Made by a program: the position numbers and the translations under genes
The notes under the pieces: generated by a model
What the model was told of the DNA's origin: nothing
Seen by the model: only the letters and a program-made list of their open reading frames with translations
Database searches by the model: none
Shown: one piece after another, positions 1 through 9,774 of the stretch
Layout: every line of letters begins with the position of its first letter
Position numbering within the stretch: the stretch's first letter is position 1
Source: an uncultured Candidatus Rokubacteria bacterium
GTDB taxonomy: Bacteria; Methylomirabilota; Methylomirabilia; Rokubacteriales; DASRDR01
DNA length: 64,000 nt
Assembly (NCBI GenBank): GCA_963805625.1
Contig: CAWDVE010000017.1
Span: forward strand, 608,001-672,000
Direction of reading: 5' to 3'

Positions 1-92
1 CCAGCGCCGGATGCGGAGGCGGAACGGTGGTGTGCACCCTGACGGCTGACGCCCGCGCTCCGGGCGCGCGCGGCACCTGATCGGAGAGGACG

Positions 93-2132
93 ATGGCGAC
101 CACGCGCCGGCGCGCCGGACCCCCGCAGCAGCTCGACCGGGACCTTATGGAGCAGCTCCTCTTCGGGACGGGGCGGGCCCGGCGTTTCACGCAGGACTCG
201 CCGGTGCTTCCCGACGTCTGGCTAGAGTACGCCAAGCAGCCGGCGGACGACGCTGGTCGCCGGCCGGGCGCAGCGGGGCGGCGGAATCGGCGACCGCCGG
301 TCGAGCCTTTTCCGCCGGTCAAGCTGCTCCTGACGCCGTACCGCGAAATGGCGGCCGGCGAGGTGCGCCGGACGGTTCGTGAGCGCCTGCCCGTCGAGCG
401 CCGGGCCGCGGCGTGGCGCTCCTTCGGCCACCCGCCGGAGCCGCTCCCCCGCGTCGTCTACAATCTGTCCACGGTCGCGGCCACGCTGCACTTCGAGGAC
501 CTGATCCGTGTCGTGCTGCCGATGACCGAGTGGTGGCATCGCCTCACGCGGGACTGGACGGTCGACGACATCCAGGACAGGACCTCGCAGCGTTGGCTCG
601 CGCAGGCGATCAAGGACCCGGAGCACCCGCCCGTCAGGTCGAGAGCGGAGAAGGTGAAGCAAAGGCTCCGGGTGCGCTCGGATCTTCTGTGGATGATCCG
701 GGTGGTGGGTGCGCTGACGATCGTGCGAAGAGGGGGCCGGCTGCCGCGGGCCTTCACGGCGACGGAGGAGGGCGTCGCGGCGGCAACGGAGGCCGACTGG
801 TTCCAGCTGGTCGTGGCCGTCGCCGAGCTGGTCCGGGACGTCACGCCAGAGCCGCGCGCCATGGTCTACTCGGTCAGCCTGAACCGCGAGGCGGCGCCGA
901 CGGTGTCGCGGTCCACGCTGGCCATCAAGGCCGACGCTGCCCGGCGCCTCTTTGCCATCTCCTGCCGCGACCTGACGTGGGCGGTCATCGACAGCGGCAT
1001 CGACGCGCGTCACCCGGCCTTTCGCATCCGCGATCCCAAGAGCGACAAGGTGGTGAGCGAGAAGCCGTTCGTCGACGAGAAGGGCGATTCCGCCAACTGC
1101 ACACGCGTCGTCGAGACGTATGACTTCACGCAGATCGACCTCCTGCTCGACCCCGACTCCTCGGAGCTGCCCGTGGAGCTGAAGAAACGGCTGGAGGACG
1201 GCTCCCCGGCAGCCAAGAGGCTGAAGCAGCAACTGGAGGAGCTCTATGGCGCCCTGCGGCGCGGCCGCGCGATCGACTGGGGCCTCGTCGCGCCCTTCAT
1301 CCGCGTCCCGCACGTGGACGGAAAGTACAGACGCCCCGAGAACGATCACGGTACGCACGTGGCGGGGATCCTGGCCGGCGACTGGCGGAGGGCGGAGTCC
1401 GGCGGGCTGCTCGAGGACGACCTCATCGGCGTCTGCCCGGATCTCCGCCTGTACGACCTCCGCGTGCTCAACGAGGCCGGCCGGGGCGACGAGTTCGCCG
1501 TCATGGCCGCACTCCAGTTCGTTCGCTACCTGAACTCGGCGAACGAATACGTCGTCGTCCACGGGGCGAACCTGAGCCTCTCCATCCCCCATGAGATCTC
1601 GAACTACGCCTGCGGCCGCACGCCGGTGTGCGACGAGTGCGAGCGGGTGGTCTCCGCCGGGGTGGTGGTGGTAGCGGCGGCCGGCAACCAGGGTCGCCAG
1701 AGGTACACGACCGAGGCGGGCCGCGTCGCCGAGGCGTACCTCAGCATCAGCATCACCGATCCGGGTAACGCCGACCTGGTCATCACGGTAGGCGCCACGC
1801 ACCGCTACCGGCCGCACACCTACGGCGTCAGCTACTTCTCGAGCCGGGGACCGACCGGTGACGGCCGGATCAAGCCAGATCTGGTCGCTCCCGGAGAGAA
1901 GATCACGGCGCCGGTTCCGGAGGGCGCCTTTGGTCTCAAGGACGGCACCAGCATGGCCGCGCCCCACGTGAGCGGCGCGGCGGCGCTCCTGATGGCCCGG
2001 CACAATGAGCTGGTCGGGCGTCCGGCGCGCCTCAAGCAGATCCTCTGCTCGACGGCGACCGACCTTGGCCGCGAGCGCTACTTCCAGGGCGCGGGGATGC
2101 TCGACGTGCTGCGCGCCCTGCAGTCGGTCTGA
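93..2132 (+). CDS. S8 (subtilisin-like) serine peptidase with long N-terminal extension, no signal peptide
   Basis: Catalytic motifs VIDSGID, HGTHVAGI, GTSMAAPHVSG; oxyanion AAGN; RBS GAGGA upstream of ATG. Confidence 0.92.
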   Translation: MATTRRRAGPPQQLDRDLMEQLLFGTGRARRFTQDSPVLPDVWLEYAKQPADDAGRRPGAAGRRNRRPPVEPFPPVKLLLTPYREMAAGEVRRTVRERLPVERRAAAWRSFGHPPEPLPRVVYNLSTVAATLHFEDLIRVVLPMTEWWHRLTRDWTVDDIQDRTSQRWLAQAIKDPEHPPVRSRAEKVKQRLRVRSDLLWMIRVVGALTIVRRGGRLPRAFTATEEGVAAATEADWFQLVVAVAELVRDVTPEPRAMVYSVSLNREAAPTVSRSTLAIKADAARRLFAISCRDLTWAVIDSGIDARHPAFRIRDPKSDKVVSEKPFVDEKGDSANCTRVVETYDFTQIDLLLDPDSSELPVELKKRLEDGSPAAKRLKQQLEELYGALRRGRAIDWGLVAPFIRVPHVDGKYRRPENDHGTHVAGILAGDWRRAESGGLLEDDLIGVCPDLRLYDLRVLNEAGRGDEFAVMAALQFVRYLNSANEYVVVHGANLSLSIPHEISNYACGRTPVCDECERVVSAGVVVVAAAGNQGRQRYTTEAGRVAEAYLSISITDPGNADLVITVGATHRYRPHTYGVSYFSSRGPTGDGRIKPDLVAPGEKITAPVPEGAFGLKDGTSMAAPHVSGAAALLMARHNELVGRPARLKQILCSTATDLGRERYFQGAGMLDVLRALQSV

Positions 2133-2200
2133 CCGGAGGCGCCCGCGGCGCGCCGGCCGCGACGGCCGGAGGCCGCGGGTCTGCCCGAGCGGAGGCGCCG

Positions 2201-3352
2201 ATGCTCGTGCTCGAAGCACTGCGCGCCAGGTTTGGCGATGCGCTCATTCTCCACTCCGGCAGCAAAGCGAAGCCCCAGCTCACCGTCATCGACGGCGGGC
2301 CGCCGGGGGTCTACGGCGACGCCCTGCGGCCGAGACTGGAGGCCATTCGCGCCGAGCGAGAGCTCGACGCCAGGATACCGCTGGCCATCGAGCTGATGAT
2401 GGTCAGCCACATCGACGACGACCACGTGTCCGGTCTCCTCGAGCTGGCGGAGAAGCTCAACGACCGGCGCGAGAGCGGCCAGCCCTTGCCCTGGAAGATC
2501 CGCCGGTTCTGGCACAACTCGTTCGACGACATCCTGGACAACGACGATCTCCAGGTCGGCGGCAGCGCGTCGATGATGAACACGGCATCGCTCGGGGACT
2601 TCCTGGCGCCCGAGGGGTCGCTGATCCTGGCCAGCGTCAAGCAGGGGCGCGAGCTCCGGAAGCTCCTCGACGCGCTGACCCTCGGCGGCAATCCGCCCTT
2701 CAAGGGCCTCGTCCTGACCGATGGCGCGGCGAAGGCCGTGACCGTGGGCGACCTCAGGATCACGGTGGTCGCGCCCCGCAAGGCCGAGCTCGCGGAGCTG
2801 CAGAAGAAGTGGAACAAGGAGATCAAGCCGCTCCTGAAGAAGGCGCGGAGCCGGGAGCGGCTGGTTGAGGTTGCCGCCTACGTCGACAAGTCGGTGCACA
2901 ACCTGTCCAGCATCGTCGTCCTCGTGGAGTCGCAGGGGAAGCGCATCCTCCTGACGGGCGATGGCCGCGGCGACCACACGCTCGAGGGCTTGAAGGCGGC
3001 GAAGCTCTTGAAGAGCGGCAAGCTTCGCGTCGACGTGCTGAAGGTCCCGCACCACGGTAGCGAGCGGAACGTGGCCGCGGACTACTTCGAAACGATCATC
3101 GCGAAGCACTACGTCGTCTCCGCCGACGGGAAGTTCGACAATCCCGACGTCGGCACGCTGAAGATGATCTCCGCCGCCCGCCCCGACGACGACTTCACGA
3201 TCCACCTGACCTACCCGCTGGACGAGTTCAACGTGGCGAAGATCGGGCAGCAGGTCGGGAAGTTCTTTGCCGCGGAACGGAAGGCCGGCCGCGCCTACAA
3301 GGTGGTGACGCGCCCGTCCGGGGAGCTGGCGGTCCGGGTCGCCCTCGCCTAG
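2201..3352 (+). CDS. ComEC/Rec2-like MBL-fold metallo-hydrolase
   Basis: Motifs GDALIL, IDGG, SHIDDDH, LLTGD, KVPHHGS; RBS GGAGG. Confidence 0.85.
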   Translation: MLVLEALRARFGDALILHSGSKAKPQLTVIDGGPPGVYGDALRPRLEAIRAERELDARIPLAIELMMVSHIDDDHVSGLLELAEKLNDRRESGQPLPWKIRRFWHNSFDDILDNDDLQVGGSASMMNTASLGDFLAPEGSLILASVKQGRELRKLLDALTLGGNPPFKGLVLTDGAAKAVTVGDLRITVVAPRKAELAELQKKWNKEIKPLLKKARSRERLVEVAAYVDKSVHNLSSIVVLVESQGKRILLTGDGRGDHTLEGLKAAKLLKSGKLRVDVLKVPHHGSERNVAADYFETIIAKHYVVSADGKFDNPDVGTLKMISAARPDDDFTIHLTYPLDEFNVAKIGQQVGKFFAAERKAGRAYKVVTRPSGELAVRVALA

Positions 3353-3771
3353 CCCCTGCGTGCGGCGGGGCGCGCGGGTTTCGCGCGCTGGCGGCTCGAC
3401 CGTTCGGCCGAGGCCGCGGCGGTGGGGATCACCGTGAAGCCGAGCACTCGCATGAGCGCCTCGGTGGGGTTGGCGGGCGGGCGCCGGCGGTCGCTCTGCC
3501 GGCGGTTCTGTTCCACCGTGCGAGCCGCGCGGCGTCGCTCCTCGACCCGCCGGTCCAGGATGACGCGCCCGCGGCCCGAGGATTCCTGGCGGGGCTCGAG
3601 ATACTGGGCGAGATCCGCCATGGCGCGGCTGACGATCACGAGGTCGCGAGCCGCCGGGCCCAGTCGGGCTCGGACAGCCGACTTCTTGACGGGGGCCCGG
3701 CGTTTCCCGACGGTGCGAGGTTCCACGGCTGCACCGGGTCCCGCGGTGCCCCGACGGAGCGTGCGTTTCAT
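3349..3771 (-). CDS. Hypothetical Arg-rich protein
   Basis: ORF with VILDRRxEERRR..DRR pattern; convergent, overlapping the MBL stop. Confidence 0.45.
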   Translation of the reverse strand: MKRTLRRGTAGPGAAVEPRTVGKRRAPVKKSAVRARLGPAARDLVIVSRAMADLAQYLEPRQESSGRGRVILDRRVEERRRAARTVEQNRRQSDRRRPPANPTEALMRVLGFTVIPTAAASAERSSRQRAKPARPAARRG

Positions 3772-4152
3772 CTTAGCTTCGAGGATGCCAAAGGAGGCTC
3801 CGAGCACCAAGCCTTATCGGCCGGATCGCCTCCGGACGGCGGGGCGCCTCGCGCCCGCGACGCCAGCAGGCGAGCAGCGAGCGTGGGTCGCCGGGGCCGC
3901 AGCACCATGATGCGGCGGGCGGTCTATCCGGGCGAGCGTCGGCCGAGAGACGCTGGTTTTCCGCGTTGCACAGTCCACAGGGCACCCCGCACCGTGCACA
4001 GTGCAGGGAAGCTAAGAGCCCGCCGAATAACGTCTCCCGGGCTCGACCCGCCGAGGAATCGGCCTGACCTGCACCCTAGACCGGGCAAGGGCTGCTCCGG
4101 CAGGCCCTGCCTAACCCCGCGTTCCGGCGGCCCTGGGTTCGGCCCGGTGCCG

Positions 4153-4168
4153 TGGCATTCGTGTTGCT
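4153..4168 (+). promoter_or_regulatory. sigma-54 -24/-12 promoter
   Basis: TGGCATTCGTGTTGCT = GG-N10-GC. Confidence 0.55.
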
Positions 4169-4195
4169 CTGTCGATCGCGGCCCGCGTCGTTCGC

Positions 4196-4730
4196 GAGTG
4201 GCGGCAGGGAGATGCTGGGGCGCTGCCGTTTCCGGACGCGTCGTTCGACCGGGTCCTGTGCCAGATGGCGCTCATGTTCTTTCCTGACCGGCTCGGGGCG
4301 CTCCGGGAGATGAGGCGGGTCACACCGCACCCCGCGCCACCGTGGCCCTTCTTGTTCCCGGACGTCTGGCCGCGCGCAGCCGGCGTACGGGCCGTTCGTC
4401 GAGATGGCGACGCATCACGCCGGGCCCGACGCGGCCTCGCTCCTGAGCACGTACTTCGCCTGCGGCGAGCTCGCCGGGCTCACGGCTCTCGTCGAGGCGG
4501 CCGGGCTACACGTCACGGAGACGCGGACCCGCCTCGGCCGCGCTCGGTTCGGCTCGGTCGACGCGTTCGTGGCCGCCGAGGTGGAGAGCACCCCGCTGAT
4601 CGGTCGTATCAGCGGGGACGTCTACGGGCGGATCCGGGAGGGTGCCCGCGAGGTGCTGCGGCCATTCACGACTCCGACGGGCCGCGTCGAGATTCCCCTC
4701 GAAGGACACCTCGTCGCCGCCCGGCCCTGA
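4196..4730 (+). pseudogene. 5'-truncated, frameshifted class I SAM-dependent methyltransferase
   Basis: EWRQGDAGALPFPDASFDRVLCQMALMFFPDRLGALREMRRV in one frame, C-terminus (..IPLEGHLVAARP) in another; no SAM motif I. Confidence 0.7.
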
Positions 4731-4862
4731 CCGGCCCGGCGATCCCGATCCCGGCTGGACGACAGGCCGGCCAGCATCGGCAGGACGAGCTCGACCGGGT
4801 CACCAGGGCTCGGTCGGACGGACGGAGTCGGAGGGAGCCGGGCGAGGCCCCGACCGTCCCGC

Positions 4863-5942
4863 TCAGGGGTCCGTGGTGTCCGGCGCCCGCGATTCCTCGG
4901 CGAAGCGGAGGAGAGCGATGGCGAGCGCAACGATCACGGGACCCAGGAACATGCCGATCGCCCCGAAGGCCGCGAGCCCGCCCACGAGCCCGACGAAGAC
5001 GGCAAGGGTCGGGAGCCCGGCACGACCCGAGACGACGAGCGGCCTGATGACGTTGTCGACGGAGGTGACCAGGCCGAGCGACCAGACGGCCAGGAAGAGC
5101 GCGGCCCAGGCCCGTCCCTGAGCGAGCAGCACGAGGACCCCCGGGACCCACACCAGGGCGGTGCCGACCAGCGGGACGGCTGACGCCAGGGCCGTGAGTA
5201 CCCCGAAGACGACCGGGGAGGGCAGGCCGACGACCGCGAAGCCGATTCCCAGGAGCGCGCCCTGCGTCACCGCCGTCAAGAGCATGCCCAGGACGAGCGC
5301 CCGGGTGACGGAGGACAGGTGGTCGAGGAGCGTGGCCTTCCGGTCTTCCGCCATCGGCACCAAGCGCATCGCCCGGCGCATCAGCTCCTCCCCGTCGCGG
5401 AGGAGGAAGAAGAGCAGGAAGAGCATGAGGGCGAGCCCGGCCACCGCGCCGAGCGCGCTGGCCAGTGCGGCTCCGCTCACCCCCATCAGGGTCAGGAGGA
5501 GGCTGCGGCCGTTCTGGACCAGCCAGATCTGGACCTGATCCGCGGTGAGGGGCACGTAGTTCCCGAGCCATCCGAACGCCCGCTCGGCGACCGGGATTCG
5601 CAAGAGATCGCTCATCTGCGCGACATGATGGCGCTCGGCGATCTCCTGGATGCGAGCGACGAGGTCACCCGCCTGGGTGGCGAAGGCCACCGCGATCAGG
5701 GCTCCCGGCCCCAGGATGAGGACGAGCCCGGCGAGCGTCAGCAGGAGCGCGGCCAGTCCTCGCCGCCCCCGCAGCGCACGGGTGAGCCTCTCGTTCAGGG
5801 GGTAGAGAAGGAAGGCGAGGAGAAACGCCCAGACGAACGACCCCGCGAAGGGCAGGGCCATGAGCACCAAGGCGTAGCCGAGAAGGGTCGCGGCGACAAG
5901 GGTGAAGACCTTGGGATAGAAGCCCCCGTCGGAGCGATTCAC
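4863..5942 (-). CDS. AI-2E family transporter
   Basis: Multi-TM; FFLLRDGE, PLVGTALVWVP, VDNVIRP, GGLAAFGAIGMFLGP motifs. Confidence 0.9.
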   Translation of the reverse strand: MNRSDGGFYPKVFTLVAATLLGYALVLMALPFAGSFVWAFLLAFLLYPLNERLTRALRGRRGLAALLLTLAGLVLILGPGALIAVAFATQAGDLVARIQEIAERHHVAQMSDLLRIPVAERAFGWLGNYVPLTADQVQIWLVQNGRSLLLTLMGVSGAALASALGAVAGLALMLFLLFFLLRDGEELMRRAMRLVPMAEDRKATLLDHLSSVTRALVLGMLLTAVTQGALLGIGFAVVGLPSPVVFGVLTALASAVPLVGTALVWVPGVLVLLAQGRAWAALFLAVWSLGLVTSVDNVIRPLVVSGRAGLPTLAVFVGLVGGLAAFGAIGMFLGPVIVALAIALLRFAEESRAPDTTDP

Positions 5943-6121
5943 GATGTCTCCCTTCCGGGAGGGCGTCCCGGCGAAGGTCAGGAGGCGATCACGACGATAC
6001 TACAGGCATAGTATGAATCGGGAGCGGGATGCGGGAGCGCGGGTCGTGGGGGGTGCCCCAGCGGGAGTCCCCCCGAGCGGCCGAGTGGCCGCGCCGCACC
6101 GGACACGGGGAGGGACGCACG

Positions 6122-6595
6122 ATGAGCAAGGGCAAGGCGAAGCCGACTCCCGAGGGGTACCACACCGCGACCCCATACTTGATCGTGGACGGTGCGGCGA
6201 AAGCCCTGGACTTCTACAGGCGGGTCTTCGGTGCCACCGAGCGCATGCGGATGCCGGGCTCCGGCGGCAAGGTGGGCCACGCCGAGATCAACATCGGCGA
6301 CTCGGTGATCATGCTCGTCGACGAGCATCCGGAGATGGGAGCGCGCGGGCCCCGGGCATACGGCGGCGTGGCCGTGAGCCTCCACCTGTACGTCCCGGAC
6401 GTGGACGCGACGGTGAAGAAGGCGGTGGCGGCGGGAGCCACGCTTCTCCGACCCGTGGAGGACAAGTTCTACGGCGACCGGATGGGCACCATCGAGGATC
6501 CCCTCGGACACCCCTGGCACGTCTCCCCTCACCAGGAGGACGTGCCGCCTGAAGAGACGGCGCGCCGGGCCGCCACCCTGACCAAGCCCGGTTAG
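6122..6595 (+). CDS. VOC/glyoxalase family (PhnB-like) protein
   Basis: TPYLIVDGAAKALDFY, HAEINIGDS, DKFYGDRMG motifs. Confidence 0.9.
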   Translation: MSKGKAKPTPEGYHTATPYLIVDGAAKALDFYRRVFGATERMRMPGSGGKVGHAEINIGDSVIMLVDEHPEMGARGPRAYGGVAVSLHLYVPDVDATVKKAVAAGATLLRPVEDKFYGDRMGTIEDPLGHPWHVSPHQEDVPPEETARRAATLTKPG

Positions 6596-6686
6596 TCGCG
6601 GCCGAGCCCGATGAGGGGGCGAGATCAGGGGTGAGGACGCCGTGCCCTGTTCACCCGAGGTGGCCGGGCCGCCAGCGAGCCCGTTG

Positions 6687-7904
6687 ATGGTGATCCGGGA
6701 TCGGCGGGGGGCGGTGCGCGCCTGGATGGGACGCCTCGGCCTGGTCGTCGCATCGTGTGCGGTCACCCTGACCCTCCTGGAGGCTGCGCTGCACTTGCTG
6801 CCGGCGTGGAGTCGTGCCACGACGCGCGACGAGCGCTTCGCCTTCAGTCCCTACCGTCCCGACGGTCGGCTGGGCTTCACCCTGCGTCCCGGAGTCCGGG
6901 TCCGGCACGTCGACCGGGACTTCTCGGTGTCGGTTGCCGTGAATGCCCTCGGCATGCGTGGCCCGGAGCGCGGCACATCCAAGCCCGCCGGCACCGCGAG
7001 GATCCTGCTTCTCGGCGACTCGTTCGCCTTCGGGTGGGGGGTCGAGCAGGACGAGGCCTTCGGCGCCCGGTTGGAGCGGATCCTGACCGAGCGGGTCGGG
7101 CCGGTCGAGGTGCTGCCGGCAGCCGTGCCGGGCTGGAGCACCGACCAGCACTCCATCTATCTGCGCACGCAGGGGCTGGCCCTCCATCCTGACTTGATCC
7201 TGCTCGCCACGAGCGAGAACGATCTCACCGAGCTGAGTCTGAATCGCCTCACGCTCGCCGACGATCGGCTCCCGGTCCGCGTTGAGCCGATGTGGCGGAT
7301 GATCGACGCTACCGGGCGCATGCGCTACATGGGAACGGGGCGCGCGGCCCTCCCGCGCGAGCCCTGGCCGGGGGAGACGTGGCTCCAGGACCACTCGCTC
7401 CTCTACCATTGGCTGCGCTTCCGACTGGCGAAGGTCTCGGCTGCGGTGGCCGTCCGGCGGGCCCGCCCCGCGGCGCCGGAGTGGCTCGCCAGCGACCCCG
7501 ATCTGGCGATTGACCGCGTGTCTCCGGACGATCTGCAGCGCGCGCTGGCCGTGAGTCCCGGGTTTCGTCTCCGCTATCATCTCTTCCTCGTGGAAGCCAT
7601 GGAGCGGGACGCGCGCGCCCGTGGCATCCCTCTGCGGACCTTCCTGGTAGCCCACGGCGGCGAGACTCAGCCGGCCGATCCCGTGCTGGCGAGCCTCCAC
7701 GTCGCATGCGCCGCCCGCGGGGAGGCGTGCTTCGACAGCGCCCGGGTGATCTCCGCCGCGGAGACGGCCCGGTTCACGTTTGCGCACGACTCGCACTGGA
7801 ACCGCGAGGGCCATGGGCGCATCGGCGAGGCTTTGGCGGCCTGGCTCGAGCGGGAGCCGGCGCTTCGACCAGTCAGAACCTCACGCCCACCCGGACCTGG
7901 ATGA
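6687..7904 (+). CDS. SGNH/GDSL hydrolase family, N-terminal membrane anchor
   Basis: LLGDSFAFGWG block I, DSHWN block V; start uncertain. Confidence 0.8.
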   Translation: MVIRDRRGAVRAWMGRLGLVVASCAVTLTLLEAALHLLPAWSRATTRDERFAFSPYRPDGRLGFTLRPGVRVRHVDRDFSVSVAVNALGMRGPERGTSKPAGTARILLLGDSFAFGWGVEQDEAFGARLERILTERVGPVEVLPAAVPGWSTDQHSIYLRTQGLALHPDLILLATSENDLTELSLNRLTLADDRLPVRVEPMWRMIDATGRMRYMGTGRAALPREPWPGETWLQDHSLLYHWLRFRLAKVSAAVAVRRARPAAPEWLASDPDLAIDRVSPDDLQRALAVSPGFRLRYHLFLVEAMERDARARGIPLRTFLVAHGGETQPADPVLASLHVACAARGEACFDSARVISAAETARFTFAHDSHWNREGHGRIGEALAAWLEREPALRPVRTSRPPGPG

Positions 7905-8901
7905 ACGGCCCATCGCCGACGTCGATCCGATTCTGCTCACGATCACTGTAGCCCTCGCCCTCGAAGTAGAACCGGTCGAAGCTGTAGCCGACGTCGGCGT
8001 CGATGAACAGCTGCCGGGCGAGGCCAATGATGGCCCCGGCCCGGATTCGCTTCTCGTAGTAGAAGAGGCGGTCGTCCGGGTTGGAACGGCCCGCGAGCAG
8101 ATAGCGCTCGTTGGTCCAGTCGAAGCCGACCCAGAGGCGAACTGGGCGGAAGACCTGGTAAGTGAGGCGGACATCCACCGTTCGGACGGCGATGTATGAT
8201 GCGGTGAGCGTCAGCCTCTCGATCGGTCGGTACTCCAGTGACAGAACACCGGTGGTGACGACCGCCGAGAACTGGTCCGACGGCCGGTACGAGTATCCGA
8301 AGCCGGGAATCGGGATGCCTGGCAGGAACTCCCGGTTGCTCCCGTAGTTCAGGAAGAAGATCCACGCGTCACGATCCCGTGCGGGAACGCGCAGGACGGC
8401 CGTCGCGTTGATGTCCATCTCGTCCAGGCTCGCGAAGGGTTTGTCGCTCGGCGACCCGACCGTGACGTCGAGCGCTCCGATCCAGCCGGACTCGAAGCGG
8501 TGACGGTAGCCGGTCCCGATGCGAATGTTCCACAGCTCGTCCGGGAACGGCTCGCCGGTATCCGGGAACACCGCGCCCGTGGCGAACTCTTGGTTCCGAA
8601 TGCGGAGCGATGCATACCACTCGTCGGTGGCGTTCTGTCGGAGCGGCACCGAGAGGGAGAAGTCCTGCTGGAACAGGCCGAGCTCCGCGGGCTGGCCGGC
8701 CACTGGCTGGTCCGGAAACCACGTGATCCGGTAGTCCGAGCGGATTAGGAGCCTTCCCAGCTCCGGAGCGAAGAGATTCAGGAACTCCTCCTGGGCCTGA
8801 GCCGGTGAAGCCCAGAGACCCACGAGGCAAGCCACCACGAGCAGGCGCGCCAGCCCCGACAGCCAGGCGGGGGAAGCAGGGATCCGAAGGAAACCGCGCG
8901 C
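7873..8901 (-). CDS. Secreted, probable outer-membrane beta-barrel protein (C-terminal part of the long ORF 7873..11796)
   Basis: Signal-like LLVVACLVGLWASPAQA-QEE, amphipathic beta strands, terminal VRVGVRF; start codon not identified. Confidence 0.65.
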   Translation of the reverse strand, partial: ARGFLRIPASPAWLSGLARLLVVACLVGLWASPAQAQEEFLNLFAPELGRLLIRSDYRITWFPDQPVAGQPAELGLFQQDFSLSVPLRQNATDEWYASLRIRNQEFATGAVFPDTGEPFPDELWNIRIGTGYRHRFESGWIGALDVTVGSPSDKPFASLDEMDINATAVLRVPARDRDAWIFFLNYGSNREFLPGIPIPGFGYSYRPSDQFSAVVTTGVLSLEYRPIERLTLTASYIAVRTVDVRLTYQVFRPVRLWVGFDWTNERYLLAGRSNPDDRLFYYEKRIRAGAIIGLARQLFIDADVGYSFDRFYFEGEGYSDREQNRIDVGDGPFIQVRVGVRF

Positions 8902-8918
8902 GCCCGGGAACGGGCGGC

Positions 8919-9683
8919 CTAGCTGGCGTCGCTGACCGGCGTCGCGGGAGTCATCGCCACGGCGGCGGCCGTGGAGACCAGCGAATCGGCGGAGGGGCCT
9001 GCCATGGCCGGGACGAGCAGGGGATCGGTCCCACTGGCCAGGGGGATCATTCTCAGGACGTGTCCGAATCGAGGCGCGGACCTGATGACCCAAAGGGCAG
9101 TGCAGAGATACGCGAACCCTGCCGTGAATCCGCCGAGGATGTCCGAGAGGAAGTGGGCATCGAGATACATCCGGCTGTAGGCCACGGTGCCGACAACCGT
9201 CGCGCACACTCCCACCGCGAGGCGCCCCCGTCCCTGCCGGGCGCGTTCCACGCTGACGACATACGCGAGATATCCGCAGAGCACGACGAGGCTCAGGACG
9301 TGGGCGCTCGGGAAGCCCCACGGGCCCAGGTTCGGGCGGGGCCGATCGACGGCCCACTTCGCGAGGAACTGGATGACCCCCACGCCCGCCATGACCAGAG
9401 GGAGCGCCAGCGCCCAGCGCCGCTGCCGAGGCCAGAACATCACCATGCCCACGACTACGGCCGCGACCTGGCCGGGCTGGCCCCCGAGGAAGGAGGCTCC
9501 TTGCATGAAGCCGACGAATCCGGGGTGGTGCGTCTGGTGGACCAGCGAGCGGGCGACGCGATCCGCCCCGTCGAACTGCTGGTGGGTGACGATGAGGGTC
9601 AGCACCAGGAAGCCGAGCAGGCAGAGCAGCCCACCCTGGAGCAATGCTCGACTCGAATCCACCCCGGCTGACCGCTGTGGCAT
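8919..9683 (-). CDS. PAP2 family phosphatase
   Basis: KxxxxRPRP, FPSAH, SRMYLDAHF catalytic motifs. Confidence 0.88.
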   Translation of the reverse strand: MPQRSAGVDSSRALLQGGLLCLLGFLVLTLIVTHQQFDGADRVARSLVHQTHHPGFVGFMQGASFLGGQPGQVAAVVVGMVMFWPRQRRWALALPLVMAGVGVIQFLAKWAVDRPRPNLGPWGFPSAHVLSLVVLCGYLAYVVSVERARQGRGRLAVGVCATVVGTVAYSRMYLDAHFLSDILGGFTAGFAYLCTALWVIRSAPRFGHVLRMIPLASGTDPLLVPAMAGPSADSLVSTAAAVAMTPATPVSDAS

Positions 9684-9744
9684 GGGAGCTACGCCCCCAC
9701 ATTAGCATGACCGCCGCCGAGTGCAACTGGTCCCCCATTGCCCT

Positions 9745-9760
9745 GGGCACGCTTCTTGCT
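9745..9760 (+). promoter_or_regulatory. sigma-54 promoter
   Basis: GGGCACGCTTCTTGCT, 14 nt before ATG 9775. Confidence 0.65.
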
Positions 9761-9774
9761 GGCGACCATCCAGA

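Noticed and set aside
222-2219. 665-aa antisense ORF (and many similar long antisense ORFs across the window)
   Set aside because: Mirror of well-supported genes; expected from GC3 bias, no recognisable motifs.
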